This document shows, piece by piece, positions 39,776-50,523 of a stretch of DNA of 64,000 nucleotides. Location: the NCBI GenBank assembly GCA_963804645.1, contig CAWDRG010000005.1:288001-352000 (forward strand), written 5' to 3'. A program made the position numbers and the translations under genes. The notes under the pieces were generated by a model. It saw only the letters and a list, made by a program, of their open reading frames with translations. It did no database searches and was not told where the DNA came from. This stretch comes from an uncultured Bacillota bacterium (GTDB taxonomy: Bacteria > Sysuimicrobiota > Sysuimicrobiia > Sysuimicrobiales > Segetimicrobiaceae). The first letter of the stretch is position 1. Every line of letters starts with the position of its first letter.

Positions 39776-40882
39776 TCAATCCCACGAGTCGTCTTCCCGG
39801 TCCAAGGATGCGCCCGCGGCAGCCAACGTCCGCGAGCGAGAGGCGTCCAGCACCCGTGCCGCCGAGCGCCACGTCCGCACCGGCCCGTCGGGGCCGATCA
39901 TGTGGCGCCACCTCGCGATCCCTGTCGGCGCGAGCAGCACCAGGATGGGCAGCGCCGCGGCGCCGGGGCCCCAGAGCACCAAGGCGAGCGCGCTGGCCCC
40001 CGTGAGCGCGCACAGGCGGTACACGTGCGCGACCGCCTGCGTCGACGACAGGCCGGTGTCCAGCAAGCGGTGCGGCAAATGGTCCCGCCCGGTCGACGTA
40101 ATGACGCGCAGCGGGTGCCGCATGTCCCGCCGGTAGCGTCGCAGGTGTACGAGCACGAAATCAACCACCGGCACGCTGAGCACGAGGAGCGGAGCAATCC
40201 ATGACCCGGTGACCTCGGGCGCGGCCAAGGCCGCGCTGAGCCCGCCCAACAGAAACCCGAGCATCAGGCTCCCGGTATCGCCGAGGAAGATGCGCGCCGG
40301 CGGGAAGTTGTACCGGAGAAATCCGAGGGCCGCCCCGACCACGCTGAACGCGGCCACCGCCACCCCGAGCCGCCCCATCGCGATCGCCACCGCGGCGAGG
40401 GCGAGCCCGGCGACCACGACGACGCCCGACGCCATGCCGTCGGTGCAGTCGAGGCAGTTCATCGCGTTGGCCACGCCCACGATCCACAGCACCGCAAGGA
40501 TCTGCCCCGCCCACGGCCACGGCAGGCTCACCTGAAACCCGCCGATCCACACGATGAGCGAGACGACAATCGCCTCGACGACCAACTTCCAGGCGCCGGC
40601 TTCCCAGATGTCGTCGATGATCCCGATCGCGCCGAACACCGCGGCGCCGGCGAGCAGCAGGACCATTTGGATCGGCACCACGGGACGCAGCCACAGGATC
40701 GTCGCCGCGGCGAACGCCAGATAGACCGCGACGCCGCCGAGCAGCGGAGTGGGCTCGGCGTGCAGCTTGCGGCCCCCGGGCACGTCCACCACGCCCCACC
40801 GCGCGGCCAGCACACGGCACACGGGCGTGAGGAGCAGCGCTCCCGCGCACGCGGTCAGGCAGGCAAGAACGAGGTTACTCGT
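39776..40882 (-). CDS. WecA/TagO-like undecaprenyl-phosphate GlcNAc-1-phosphate transferase
   Basis: PTPLLGG, GIIDD, NAMNCLDCTDG, NFPPARIFLGDTGS and DHLPHRL motifs; apparent start is ACG after AAGGAGG. Confidence 0.88.
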   Translation of the reverse strand, partial: TSNLVLACLTACAGALLLTPVCRVLAARWGVVDVPGGRKLHAEPTPLLGGVAVYLAFAAATILWLRPVVPIQMVLLLAGAAVFGAIGIIDDIWEAGAWKLVVEAIVVSLIVWIGGFQVSLPWPWAGQILAVLWIVGVANAMNCLDCTDGMASGVVVVAGLALAAVAIAMGRLGVAVAAFSVVGAALGFLRYNFPPARIFLGDTGSLMLGFLLGGLSAALAAPEVTGSWIAPLLVLSVPVVDFVLVHLRRYRRDMRHPLRVITSTGRDHLPHRLLDTGLSSTQAVAHVYRLCALTGASALALVLWGPGAAALPILVLLAPTGIARWRHMIGPDGPVRTWRSAARVLDASRSRTLAAAGASLDREDDSWD

Positions 40883-41952
40883 AGCGGAGCCTCCTTTCGA
40901 CGCGAGCGGCCAGCCGAGGCGCACTCGTACGCGAGCGCGTCCACCACCGTCTCGACGTCGGCGTCGGCCAGCGACGGATAGATCGGCAGCGAGAGCGCGG
41001 TGCGCATCGCCTCGTCCGCGTGGGGAAAGCCGTCCTCCCCCACGTACCGGTGGAGCGGGCTGAACACCGGCCGCTTGGCCTCGATCCCGCGCCGCTCGAG
41101 GCCGCCGGCGAGCCGCGCCGCATCGTCCACGCGCACCACGTACCGGTAGAAAATGTGTCCGCACTCGGGCGGCACCGCGGGGCGCGCCACGCCGGCGGCG
41201 GCAAGCCGCTCGCCGTAGCACGCCGCGAGGGCCCGGCGGCGCGCCAGGAACCCGGGCAGGCGCTTGAGCTGACTCAGTCCGAGTGCCGCCTGAAACTCCG
41301 TCATCTTGTAGTTGAAGCGGGGCACGAGGGTCGGCCGTCCATCGTAATCGCGGGCGTCCCGGGCCCGGTCCAGGAGGCGCGGGTCATCGGCGACCAGCAT
41401 CCCGCCCTCTCCGGTCGTCAGCACCTTCGTCGCGTAGAAGGAATAGATCCCAACCGTCCCCAACCCGCCCACCGGGCGGCCGCGGTGCGTCGCGCCGATC
41501 GCCTGGGCGCAGTCTTCGATGATCGGGATCCCCAGCGCCGCGAGGGCGGGCACATCTGCGGGGAGCCCGAACATGTGGGGCACGATGATCGCGCGGGTGG
41601 CCGGCGTGAGCGCGCGGCGCGCCTCCGCGGCGGTCAGGTTGTACGTCTGCGGATCGACGTCCGCCAAACGCGGGGTCGCCCCGACCAGGCGCACGGCGTG
41701 GAGCAGGGCGACGCACGTATAGGACGGCACGAGCACCTCGTCGCCGGGACCGATGCCGAGCCCGAGCAGCGCCAAGTGCAGCGCGCTCGTCCCGGAGTTG
41801 GTCGCGACCGCGTCGCGCCGGCCGCACGCGGCGGCGATCCGCTCCTCGAAGCGGCGGACCCCCGCCCCTTGGGCCAGCTGGCCCGAGGCGAGACTCTCGG
41901 CCACGGCCGACAGATCCTCCGGGCCGATCGTCGGCTTCGAGTGCGCGATCAT
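40855..41952 (-). CDS. DegT/DnrJ/EryC1/StrS sugar aminotransferase
   Basis: NSGTSALHLAL, IEDCAQAIG, SFYATKVLTTGEGG and LSLPIYP motifs. Confidence 0.93.
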   Translation of the reverse strand: MIAHSKPTIGPEDLSAVAESLASGQLAQGAGVRRFEERIAAACGRRDAVATNSGTSALHLALLGLGIGPGDEVLVPSYTCVALLHAVRLVGATPRLADVDPQTYNLTAAEARRALTPATRAIIVPHMFGLPADVPALAALGIPIIEDCAQAIGATHRGRPVGGLGTVGIYSFYATKVLTTGEGGMLVADDPRLLDRARDARDYDGRPTLVPRFNYKMTEFQAALGLSQLKRLPGFLARRRALAACYGERLAAAGVARPAVPPECGHIFYRYVVRVDDAARLAGGLERRGIEAKRPVFSPLHRYVGEDGFPHADEAMRTALSLPIYPSLADADVETVVDALAYECASAGRSRRKEAPLRVTSFLPA

Positions 41953-42656
41953 ACCACGATCCGCCGGCACTCAAATGCCTCCGCCGCGTCAACGCCGACC
42001 TCGGCGCCGCGCAGCCGGCTCAGGTGCTCGAGGTTCTCGAGGCTGCCGCTGTCGGGAAACGGACGCAGCTGCGACGCGTGGCACGCGAGCGCATCCAGTT
42101 TCGCCCCGAGCCACTCGGAGATGTCGACGTAGAAATCCGGCCGGAACGGGGTATCACGCCAGCCGAGCTGGGGCGCGTCGCACGTCAGCACCAGATCGAT
42201 GAACGGCTTGTGCCGCCGCAGGTGCGGCCGGCACGCGGCGAACCCGGCGGTGAAGACGGCGACGTGATCCTGGTTGAACGACGGCTCGGGAAGAATGAGC
42301 GCGGTCGGACGCACCGCGTCGATCGCGTACGTCGACTCCCGCTCGATCTTGGCGATCAGGTCGCGCTGCGGAACGGCGTCGAGCCGGAGATGGGATTCCG
42401 AGTCGGTGTACAGCACCTCGTGCCCGTCCACCCCGAGCCGGCGCATCGACGCCGCGAGCTCGGTCGTCCGGGTCTCTGCGGACACCACCGGGCGGCCCTC
42501 AGCGTAATGCTGGAGCCCGCCGATGGAGGCGACGATCACGTACACCTCGCCTCCGGCGGCCTTGGTCCTGGCGATCGTGCCGGCGCACCCGTACGCCTCG
42601 TCATCCGCGTGCGGCATGACCACTAACAACCGCTGGGTCGACCAAAAGTCGCTCAT
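41949..42656 (-). CDS. PIG-L family deacetylase
   Basis: PHADDE, NQDH, YVDIS...KLDALACHASQ and AEAF motifs. Confidence 0.9.
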   Translation of the reverse strand: MSDFWSTQRLLVVMPHADDEAYGCAGTIARTKAAGGEVYVIVASIGGLQHYAEGRPVVSAETRTTELAASMRRLGVDGHEVLYTDSESHLRLDAVPQRDLIAKIERESTYAIDAVRPTALILPEPSFNQDHVAVFTAGFAACRPHLRRHKPFIDLVLTCDAPQLGWRDTPFRPDFYVDISEWLGAKLDALACHASQLRPFPDSGSLENLEHLSRLRGAEVGVDAAEAFECRRIVV

Positions 42657-43525
42657 GGGGTCTCCGAACAGTGCGCAGCTTCACAATCAGTATAGAAGCC
42701 GCCCTCCGAGGCCGCGGCCCGGCAAAGGGACGAATCGTCCGTCTCGTCCGAACGACCCCTTCCAAACGCGGGGTCCAGCGGCAGGGACGCCCCGGATGGC
42801 ACCGGTCCGGGGGCAGCTGGCTCGTCCGGGCGCGCCGACGGCCGCTCCATCAACACCGCCAGGCTGCGGTCGCCTTCATTAAAGAGCAGGTCTAGAATCG
42901 ACAGTTCCGGCAGAAATCCGCACTGCGGGTACTGCTGCCGGTACGTCGGGCACTGCCACGTCTGCCGCCGCACCTCGATCCCATATGGCGCGAACGCCGC
43001 GGGGTCGAAATGATGGCCCACCGCGAAATCGCCGGTCAGATACACCGTCGCGTCGACCGCCCGGCACAGCTCGATCAACCGCTCGGTCCCCTTCCCGGGG
43101 ATCCCCAGGTCGGAGCTCCGCACCAGCCGGGTGCGGATGCCCAGCGCCGGCAGGAGCAGCCCGAGGGCGTACTCGATGCAGTCGAACAGCGACGTCCAGG
43201 GTCGGTCGTAGATCGAATCGATAAGGTCGCGATACCGGGCGTAGTACGGCGCCTTGGCGTAGTTGTTCGCGAGCGCCGTCCGATGCTTCGCCCGCCAGCG
43301 CGTGCCCGCGTTGATGTCCACGTCGCGGATCGCCTTCCCGACGGGATCCAGGACGGGCACGGTCAGGAGCATCGACCCCTGCGCGTGCTTGATCTTGACC
43401 CGGTTCTGATAGCCGTTCTTGGTGAACTGGACGTCGTCGAGCAGGATAAACACGTCGCAGCGGGCCAGCTTGTCGAACCACCGGATCCACGGCAGGTAGT
43501 GGGGCTGATGCGCGCCGACGATCAT
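42653..43525 (-). CDS. WbqC family protein
   Basis: HQPHYLPW, DDVQF...QNR and LSILDLLFNEG motifs. Confidence 0.9.
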   Translation of the reverse strand: MIVGAHQPHYLPWIRWFDKLARCDVFILLDDVQFTKNGYQNRVKIKHAQGSMLLTVPVLDPVGKAIRDVDINAGTRWRAKHRTALANNYAKAPYYARYRDLIDSIYDRPWTSLFDCIEYALGLLLPALGIRTRLVRSSDLGIPGKGTERLIELCRAVDATVYLTGDFAVGHHFDPAAFAPYGIEVRRQTWQCPTYRQQYPQCGFLPELSILDLLFNEGDRSLAVLMERPSARPDEPAAPGPVPSGASLPLDPAFGRGRSDETDDSSLCRAAASEGGFYTDCEAAHCSETP

Positions 43526-44535
43526 CGCTCAACGCCCCCCGCGGGCACCGTGTCCCGCGCGCCGTCCACGAACCGGTGCTCCCGGCACCACTGAATCGTG
43601 CGCAAGAGACCGTCCTCGAGCCGCACCTGGGGCGCGTAGTCGAGCACGCGCGCCGCCTTGCGGAGGTCGGGCACCCGGCGCGGCGTGTCCTCGAAGTACT
43701 GCCCGTAGAAATCGCGGTACGGGACCAGTTGAATCGCCGACTCCGAGTCGGTCAGGCGCTTCGCCAGGCACGCGAGGTCGTACATGGTGATCTCGGCGTC
43801 GTTCCCGATGTTGAACACGTGTCCCTCGGCCTCGGGCACCGCGGACGCGAGCAGCACGCCGCGCACGGTGTCGTCGACGTAGGAGAAGCAGCGTGTCTGC
43901 CGTCCGTCGCCGTGCACCGTCAGCGGGCGGCCGTTGAGCGCTTGGTGAATGAAGCGGGCCACCACCGTGCCGTAGCCGTTCTCGTGGATGCGCGGCCCGT
44001 ACACGTTGAAAAAGCGCAGTATGACCGCGGGCAGTCCGCGCGCGGCGTACGCGTAGGCGAAGTGCTCGTCGATCGCCTTCGACGAGGAATACGACCACCG
44101 CGCGACCGTCGTCGGCCCGAGGACGCGGTCGTCGTCCTCGCTCAGCGGCACCTTCGCCGACTTGCCGTACACTTCCGACGACGACGCGATCACGACCTTG
44201 CGCCAGAAGCGGAACGCGGCGCGCAGGACGTTCTCAGTGCCCTCCACGTTCGCGCTGATCGCGCTGAGGGGATCGTCGACGATGTACCGGACGCCGACCG
44301 CGGCCGCGAGGTGGAACACCAGATCCGCCCCCTCGACGAGACGGTTGACCACATCCGCGTTGAGGATCGTGTCGTTCACGAGCGTGAAGCCCGGGCGCCC
44401 GAGGTGATGGCGTATGTTTTCGATCCGTCCGGTCGACAGGTGATCGAGCACACAGACGGTGTCGCCCCGCGCGATCAGCTGATCCACCAAGTGCGAGCCG
44501 ATAAACCCGGCTCCCCCCGTGACAAGTACCCGCAT
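43522..44535 (-). CDS. NAD-dependent nucleotide-sugar epimerase/dehydratase
   Basis: TGGAGFIG, ASSSEVYG, YSSSK and RFFNVYGP motifs. Confidence 0.92.
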   Translation of the reverse strand: MRVLVTGGAGFIGSHLVDQLIARGDTVCVLDHLSTGRIENIRHHLGRPGFTLVNDTILNADVVNRLVEGADLVFHLAAAVGVRYIVDDPLSAISANVEGTENVLRAAFRFWRKVVIASSSEVYGKSAKVPLSEDDDRVLGPTTVARWSYSSSKAIDEHFAYAYAARGLPAVILRFFNVYGPRIHENGYGTVVARFIHQALNGRPLTVHGDGRQTRCFSYVDDTVRGVLLASAVPEAEGHVFNIGNDAEITMYDLACLAKRLTDSESAIQLVPYRDFYGQYFEDTPRRVPDLRKAARVLDYAPQVRLEDGLLRTIQWCREHRFVDGARDTVPAGGVER

Positions 44536-44580
44536 CGTTGTCTCCTCCGTCTCTGCGAGTCGGCCGCGTGCGCTGCTGCG

Positions 44581-45752
44581 CTACGTGACCGCCGCCACCG
44601 TGTGCGTGTAGAGCTCGTCGAGCTGGTCGAGCATCGCCGCGATCCCGTACGGCTCGGCCGACGCCCGGGCATGCGCGGCCATCCGCTCCCGGAGCGGGCG
44701 CTCCGTCAGGCATCGGACGATCGCCCGGCCGAGGGCTGGGACGTCGCCGGGGGGGACCAAGAGCCCGGTCTCGCCGTCCCGCACCACATCCTGCAGCCCG
44801 CTGATCCGCGACCCGACGACCGGCCGGCCCGCCGCCAGCGCCTCGACCGCGGCGCGCCCCATCCCCTCATTGCGCGAGGGCAGCACGACGAGGTCGAACA
44901 TCGGCAGGAGCTCGGCGACGTCGTCGCGCACGCCGAGAAAGACGACGGCATCGCGGAGTCCCCGCGCGGCCGCCGCGGCTTCGAGGCTGGACCGCAGCGG
45001 GCCGTCGCCGACGAACACGACCGTCGCCCCCGGCACCGCAGCCCGCACGGCCGGCCAGGCGTCCAGCAAACAGTCCACGCCCTTGACGGGAACCAGGCGC
45101 GCGACACAGCCGACGAGGGGGCCCGCCCCATCGAGACCGAGCGATCGCCGCGTCGCCTCGGGGGGATCCGGGGCGTGCTAAAGCGCTCGAGATCCACACC
45201 GCTGTGGATCACCTCGAACTTCCGGGGCGGGCCGATCCGATAGCGAAGGTGATCATCCCGTTCCGCGTCGGTCAGACACACGATGCGGTGCGTCCAGCGC
45301 GCCATCACCCGCTCGACGCGAATGAGCGCGCCCGATCCGGCGCGGGACAGATAGTCGTGGAACGCATGCCCATGCGGCGTGTGGATCACGACCGGGACGC
45401 GCGCCCACCGCGCGGCGATGCGGCCCAAGAGGCCCGCTTTGGTCGTGTGCGTGTGCACGATCTGATACCGCCCGCGCCGCATGAGCGCGTACAGACGCGC
45501 GACCGCGACCGCATCGTTCGCGGGATGGGGATCGCGGAGCAGCTCCGGCACGCGGACGAACGAAGCGTCGGCCGCGATCCGCGCCTCCAGGCTGCCCTCC
45601 TGCCCGAGCGTCGGCCCGCTCGCGAGGGTCACGTCGTAGCGCGTGCGATCGAGCCCGGCGACCGTGAGCAGCGTATTCTCCTGCGCCCCGCCGACGATCA
45701 GCCGGGTAATCACGTGCAGCACTCGAATCCGCCCGGAGGCCGCGGTCCTCAT
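44581..45752 (-). CDS. GT4 glycosyltransferase (frameshifts near 45120-45170)
   Basis: RVLHVITRLIVGGAQEN, HTHTTKAG and PSRNEGMGRAAVEALAAG motifs. Confidence 0.88.
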
Positions 45753-46894
45753 GCCTGCGGCTCCGCCGCCCAGGCATCGCGCAGCGTCGTCCGCCACGCC
45801 GCCTGCAGCTGCTCGGCCCGCCGCCGCCCCGCCTGCCCGAGGCGCTCGGCCTCCGCGTGGTCGAGGAGCAGCCGGGTGAGGGCCTCGGCCACCTCGTCGA
45901 CGCTCAGGGGATCCACGAGCACGCCGGTCTCACCGTCGAGCACGGCGTCTTCGACCCCGCCGCTCCGCCCTCCCACGACCGCCCGCCCGCAGGCCCCGGC
46001 TTCAAGAAACACGATCCCGAACCCCTCGATCCCATCCCGCTGCGCGAGCGCGCGGCTCGGCATCGCAAACACGTCGCACGCGGCGTAGTAGGCGGGCAGC
46101 TCCTCCTCGGACACGCGCCCCGCGAATACGACGTCCGCGTCGCAGCCGAGTTCGCGGGCGAGTGCGGCCAGCCTCGGCTGCTCCGGCCCGCTGCCGACGA
46201 TCAGATAGCGCACCGGCCCCACCGCGGCCCGCACGCGGGGGAGCGCTCGCAGCACGACGTCGTGGCCCTTGCGTTCGATCAGCCGGCCCACGGTCAGGAT
46301 CACGCGCGCGCCGTCCAGCCCGTGCCGGGTCCGCACCGCGCGCGTATCCAGGCTTGGGCGGAACCGGTCGGTATCCGCGCCGATCGTGAGCACGTCCGTG
46401 TGCGGATGCTGGGCGCCGAGCGCCGCGTAGTACTGGTTCGTGAACGCGCTGTTCACGACGACGCGGTGGGCACGCGCGATGATGGTCCGCACGGCATCGC
46501 GCACGGCCCGCCACCGCAGGAACGGCGCCATCTCGCCGCCGTGAAGGTAGAGGACGTACGGCGTCCGACACAGCCGGCGGAGCGCTAAGCCGACCGGTCC
46601 GAGGTACAGGTGGGCGACGTGGACGACGCCGATGCGCTCCCGCCGGACGATCCAGGCCGCCTGCACGCTGAACAGCGCGATCTGAAGGAACCGGGCGAAC
46701 GGGTACGGCCGGTCCGGCGCCCATCGGCGGATCACGCGGTAGGGCAGCGCCGCGTCGACGGCGCGGTCACCCGGCATCCGGGGCGCGAGCACGAAGACCG
46801 CCTCGGGCGGCAGCTCCGCGCAGATGGCGGCGTACCAGGTAGATTCGCCGCCCGGCAGCGGGGGGAAGTCGTGGGTCACCAGGAGCGCCCTCAT
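45749..46894 (-). CDS. GT4 glycosyltransferase
   Basis: LLVTHDFPP, VGRLIERKG and EGFGIVFLEAGACG motifs. Confidence 0.92.
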   Translation of the reverse strand: MRALLVTHDFPPLPGGESTWYAAICAELPPEAVFVLAPRMPGDRAVDAALPYRVIRRWAPDRPYPFARFLQIALFSVQAAWIVRRERIGVVHVAHLYLGPVGLALRRLCRTPYVLYLHGGEMAPFLRWRAVRDAVRTIIARAHRVVVNSAFTNQYYAALGAQHPHTDVLTIGADTDRFRPSLDTRAVRTRHGLDGARVILTVGRLIERKGHDVVLRALPRVRAAVGPVRYLIVGSGPEQPRLAALARELGCDADVVFAGRVSEEELPAYYAACDVFAMPSRALAQRDGIEGFGIVFLEAGACGRAVVGGRSGGVEDAVLDGETGVLVDPLSVDEVAEALTRLLLDHAEAERLGQAGRRRAEQLQAAWRTTLRDAWAAEPQA

Positions 46895-48210
46895 CCCGCG
46901 AGCCCCACGAAGTACGGCAGCTTCCCGGACGGCAGGCGCATCAACTGGTCCACCGCCTCGACGCGCACGCGCCACGCTGGTCCGAACGCCTCGATGCCCG
47001 CCTCCGACGCTCGCGCGAGATCCTGCGGGGCCGCCTCCGTCCGGTCGACGCGCAACACCACGGCATCGGGTGCGGGCTGCGTCACCTGCACCGCGCCCGC
47101 GAGATGCGCCGGCAACAGGCGCATGAAGCGGTCCACCCGCGGGCGGGCCAGCTCGCCTCCGCCGTCGCCGATCAGGCGGTCGCGTTCGCGCCCGACCACC
47201 CGAAGGACCGGGAGGCCGCGGCCGCACCGGCAGCCGTCTGGAAGCAGGAGCCCCACGTCCCCGGTCTCGTAGCGGATGAGGGGGCAGCGGCGGTTTCGGA
47301 GATGAGTCGCGAGCAGTCGGCCCACCCCCGTGCCATCCTCCGATGGAGGGGTCTCCACAAACACCGTCTCTGCACTAACGTGCAGTGCGCCGTGGGGGCA
47401 CTCGAACGCGACGGAGCCGAGCTCGCCGCTGCCGTACTCTTCCGCAACGGGACACTGAAACGCCTCGACGATCTGGTCCCGCTGTACCCCGTAGACCGGC
47501 TCCCCGGTCAGGACGATCATCCGCAGTCGCAACCGCGCCTGGCCCGCTCCCGCCGCGCGGGCGAGCCGGTGTACCGCCGACGGATAGCCGTACAGCACCG
47601 CGGGCGCAAAGCGCGCGATCGTCCGCAGCGCCTGCGGGGCCTCGCCGTCGAACCGATCGTCCACGGGGACGCGCCGCCAATTCAGCATCCAGTCCTTCGC
47701 CCTCGACACCAGCGCGTGGCGGCGCGAGCCCGACGACTGTCCGAGGAGCAGGCAGATCGGGTCCGACGGATCGATCCCCCACCACCGGAACCCGCGCCAC
47801 GTCCCGGCGATATACCAGGCGTACGTCTCGCGATCGACCGGGATCGTGACCGGCGCGCTCCCGCTCCCGCCGGAGGTTCGGTGCAGTCCACGGCGGCCCG
47901 CGGTCACGATCTCCTGCGTGTGGCGCACGAGCTCGTCGCGCCGCAGCGGGGGCAGCCGGTCGACCCCGTCGCGCCGCAGCGGCGACCATCCGGCCTCGCG
48001 CAGGCGTCGCCGATAGAACGGACTCGATGCATCGGCCGCCGTCAAGGTGGCCTGCAGCCAGTCGGCCTGCCGTTCCCGCAGCAGCTCGGGACTCCACCAC
48101 TCCGCCTCGTCGTACAGCGCGGACGCCTTGTCGAGCAGCCCGTGGACCACGACGCGGCACCCCGCGCGGCGCAGGCGCTCGAGCGGGCGCGGGACCGTGC
48201 GCACTGCCAT
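46891..48210 (-). CDS. CapK-like/phenylacetate-CoA ligase family protein
   Basis: TSGGSG, LYGYPS, EYGSGE, PLIRYETGD, CRCGRG and LPSGK motifs. Confidence 0.88.
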   Translation of the reverse strand: MAVRTVPRPLERLRRAGCRVVVHGLLDKASALYDEAEWWSPELLRERQADWLQATLTAADASSPFYRRRLREAGWSPLRRDGVDRLPPLRRDELVRHTQEIVTAGRRGLHRTSGGSGSAPVTIPVDRETYAWYIAGTWRGFRWWGIDPSDPICLLLGQSSGSRRHALVSRAKDWMLNWRRVPVDDRFDGEAPQALRTIARFAPAVLYGYPSAVHRLARAAGAGQARLRLRMIVLTGEPVYGVQRDQIVEAFQCPVAEEYGSGELGSVAFECPHGALHVSAETVFVETPPSEDGTGVGRLLATHLRNRRCPLIRYETGDVGLLLPDGCRCGRGLPVLRVVGRERDRLIGDGGGELARPRVDRFMRLLPAHLAGAVQVTQPAPDAVVLRVDRTEAAPQDLARASEAGIEAFGPAWRVRVEAVDQLMRLPSGKLPYFVGLAG

Positions 48211-49199
48211 CACAGGGAGTCCTTCTGCAAGGTGCGCATGCCCCACGCGTAGCCGGCGCCGTAGGCCGCGAGCGTCGCTAGGTAGATCCACCGGAGCGTG
48301 GCGAGCGCGCCGACCAGCCGGCCCACGTACCGGCCCGCCCGCCGCGGGGCGTCGGTCGTCGGCACAGGACGGCCGTGCTCCAACGCCTGATCGATGACGA
48401 ACTCCGGGTAGAACTTGGCGACGTAGGCCGCGCCGGCGCCATTTCGGAAATACTGCGCCAGGATGCCTCGGAGCGTGCCGGGCAGCAGATGGTGAATCCA
48501 CGCGTGCGGCAGAACGACCACGCGGTAGCCTGACGCGCGCACTTCCGCCCTGAGGTAGGGATCGAGCCCCCGCGGGATCCACTCGTGCTCGCCGCCGACC
48601 TGGCAAAATACGTCGCGCCGCACCGCGAGGCACGGATGCTCGACCATGTCGCTGTCGGTGACCACCGCGACCGTGCGCGACGTGCGGCGCGGGAGCTCTC
48701 GCATCGCGCGGCGGACGATCCACGGCACGTCCGCGGGGACAAGATTCGACACCCCCGCCATCCCGATCGACGCGTCCGCATCGAACGCGTCGACGATGCG
48801 CCGAAGCAGATCGTCGTGGCCGATGCGGGTGTCGTCGTCCATCGTGACGAGGATGTCCCCGCGGGCCAGCGCCGCGCCGGTGTTGATCGCCCGTCCCTGG
48901 CGCCGATCCCCGGCGACGACGATCACCTCGATGCGCTGGTAGGTCTGGCGCGTCAGCTGCGCGAGCAGCCGGTCGAGATTACCGCCCCGCCGTCCATCCG
49001 CGGTGGGGATGATCACGGTGATGCGCAGGCCCGCGCCGGCGTCCCGTCCCGATATGCGTCGGACGCGGGGCGGCGGCCCGTCGAGGCGGTAGCGAACGAA
49101 TGCGCTCCGCCCGGCGACCCCTTCGGCCGCCAGCGCGGCTGCGTCCCCGTTGACCAACACCGCCATCAGCGCCTCCCCGTGATCAGCACCGGCCGCCAC
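48210..49199 (-). CDS. GT2 family glycosyltransferase
   Basis: ITVIIPT, AINTGAALARGDILVTMDDD motifs. Confidence 0.82.
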   Translation of the reverse strand: MAAGADHGEALMAVLVNGDAAALAAEGVAGRSAFVRYRLDGPPPRVRRISGRDAGAGLRITVIIPTADGRRGGNLDRLLAQLTRQTYQRIEVIVVAGDRRQGRAINTGAALARGDILVTMDDDTRIGHDDLLRRIVDAFDADASIGMAGVSNLVPADVPWIVRRAMRELPRRTSRTVAVVTDSDMVEHPCLAVRRDVFCQVGGEHEWIPRGLDPYLRAEVRASGYRVVVLPHAWIHHLLPGTLRGILAQYFRNGAGAAYVAKFYPEFVIDQALEHGRPVPTTDAPRRAGRYVGRLVGALATLRWIYLATLAAYGAGYAWGMRTLQKDSL

Positions 49200-50180
49200 C
49201 TACGAGGACGCGCCGAGGGCCAGCGCGGGATCCGGCGAGGCCTGCTCCGCCCGGAACCACGCGACGAAGCGGTCGATCCCCTCCTCGAGCCCGATCCGCG
49301 GCCGATATCCGAGGTCCCGAGAGGCCCGGTCGATGTTGGCGAAGGTGATCGGTACATCACCCGGCTGATCGGGCTGTTCGTCGAGAATCGCCCGTCTGCC
49401 GAGGGCCCGCTCGATCGTTCCGATGAGATCCGCGAGGCTCGCCGTCACGGATGTGCCGAGGTTGTAGATTTGAAAGCCGCGCGGCTGCGCGATCGCCTGC
49501 ACCACACCGTCGATCACGTCATCGACGTGGGTGTAGTCACGCTCCGACCGGCCGTCCCCAAACACGGTGATCGGGCGTCGCTGGGCGATGCGGGTCACGA
49601 ACTGGTAGATCGCCATGTCCGGGCGTTGGTGCGGCCCATAGACCGTAAAGAACCGCAGGCACGTCACCGGGACGCCATGCAAACGATGGAAGACTTGGCA
49701 AAACTGCTCTGCGGCCAGCTTGCTGGCACCGTAGGGCGACGCCGGCACCAGCCGGCTCGTGTCCTCGCAGAACGGGACATCGGGGCTCACCCCGTAGACC
49801 GCCGACGACGACGCGACGACGACGCGATCGACGCCCGCGCGACGGCTGGCCTCGAGCATGTTGATCGTGCCGGTCACATTGACCTCGGCGTAGCGCTCCG
49901 GCTCCTCGACCGACCGGCGCACTCCTGGCCGAGCGGCCAGATGCACGACCACGTCCTGCTCGCGCGACAACGTTTCCATGAGGTCTCGATCGCCCACGTC
50001 GCCCCACACCCAATGAAATCTGACCGATCGGAGGGCCCGCAGCAGGTTGTGGCGCTTCAGCCGGGGCGCGTAGTAGTCGTCGAGGTTGTCGACGCAGGTC
50101 ACGTCGTGGGCGTCCGCGAGCAGGCGGTCGACCAAATGGGACCCGATGAACCCCGCGCCACCTGTGACCAGAACCCGCAT
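49200..50180 (-). CDS. NAD-dependent epimerase (UDP-glucuronate 4-epimerase-like)
   Basis: TGGAGFIG, LAARPGVRRS, PYGASK, RFFTVYGP..RPDMA and QPGDVPITFA motifs. Confidence 0.9.
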   Translation of the reverse strand: MRVLVTGGAGFIGSHLVDRLLADAHDVTCVDNLDDYYAPRLKRHNLLRALRSVRFHWVWGDVGDRDLMETLSREQDVVVHLAARPGVRRSVEEPERYAEVNVTGTINMLEASRRAGVDRVVVASSSAVYGVSPDVPFCEDTSRLVPASPYGASKLAAEQFCQVFHRLHGVPVTCLRFFTVYGPHQRPDMAIYQFVTRIAQRRPITVFGDGRSERDYTHVDDVIDGVVQAIAQPRGFQIYNLGTSVTASLADLIGTIERALGRRAILDEQPDQPGDVPITFANIDRASRDLGYRPRIGLEEGIDRFVAWFRAEQASPDPALALGASS

Positions 50181-50523
50181 CGAGCTGCCTCCGCGCCCCC
50201 CGCGGTCACACCGACTCGCCGCTCGCGCGGCTCGAGCATCTACCCCGCACTGGAAGTGCGACTCTCTTGGAACCGTTGGCCTCCTCTCAGAGGCGCCCCC
50301 ACGTTCTTCTGAACGGTTTGGGCCAGTTTTTAGAAGGGACGGCCTCGTTCGACTCGCCTAATGGATAACGAACGTGTATTCGCTGTATGGTTGTTCGGTT
50401 GAGCCCGATCGAACGATTCGAAACTGTACCCGAACAATGGCAAGGAATCGGGCCACTGACTGCCTATTTGTGCAAGGAGTATGCTGGTATCACGTCACGA
50501 CGTCGTTTTCGGAGCCTCGACGG

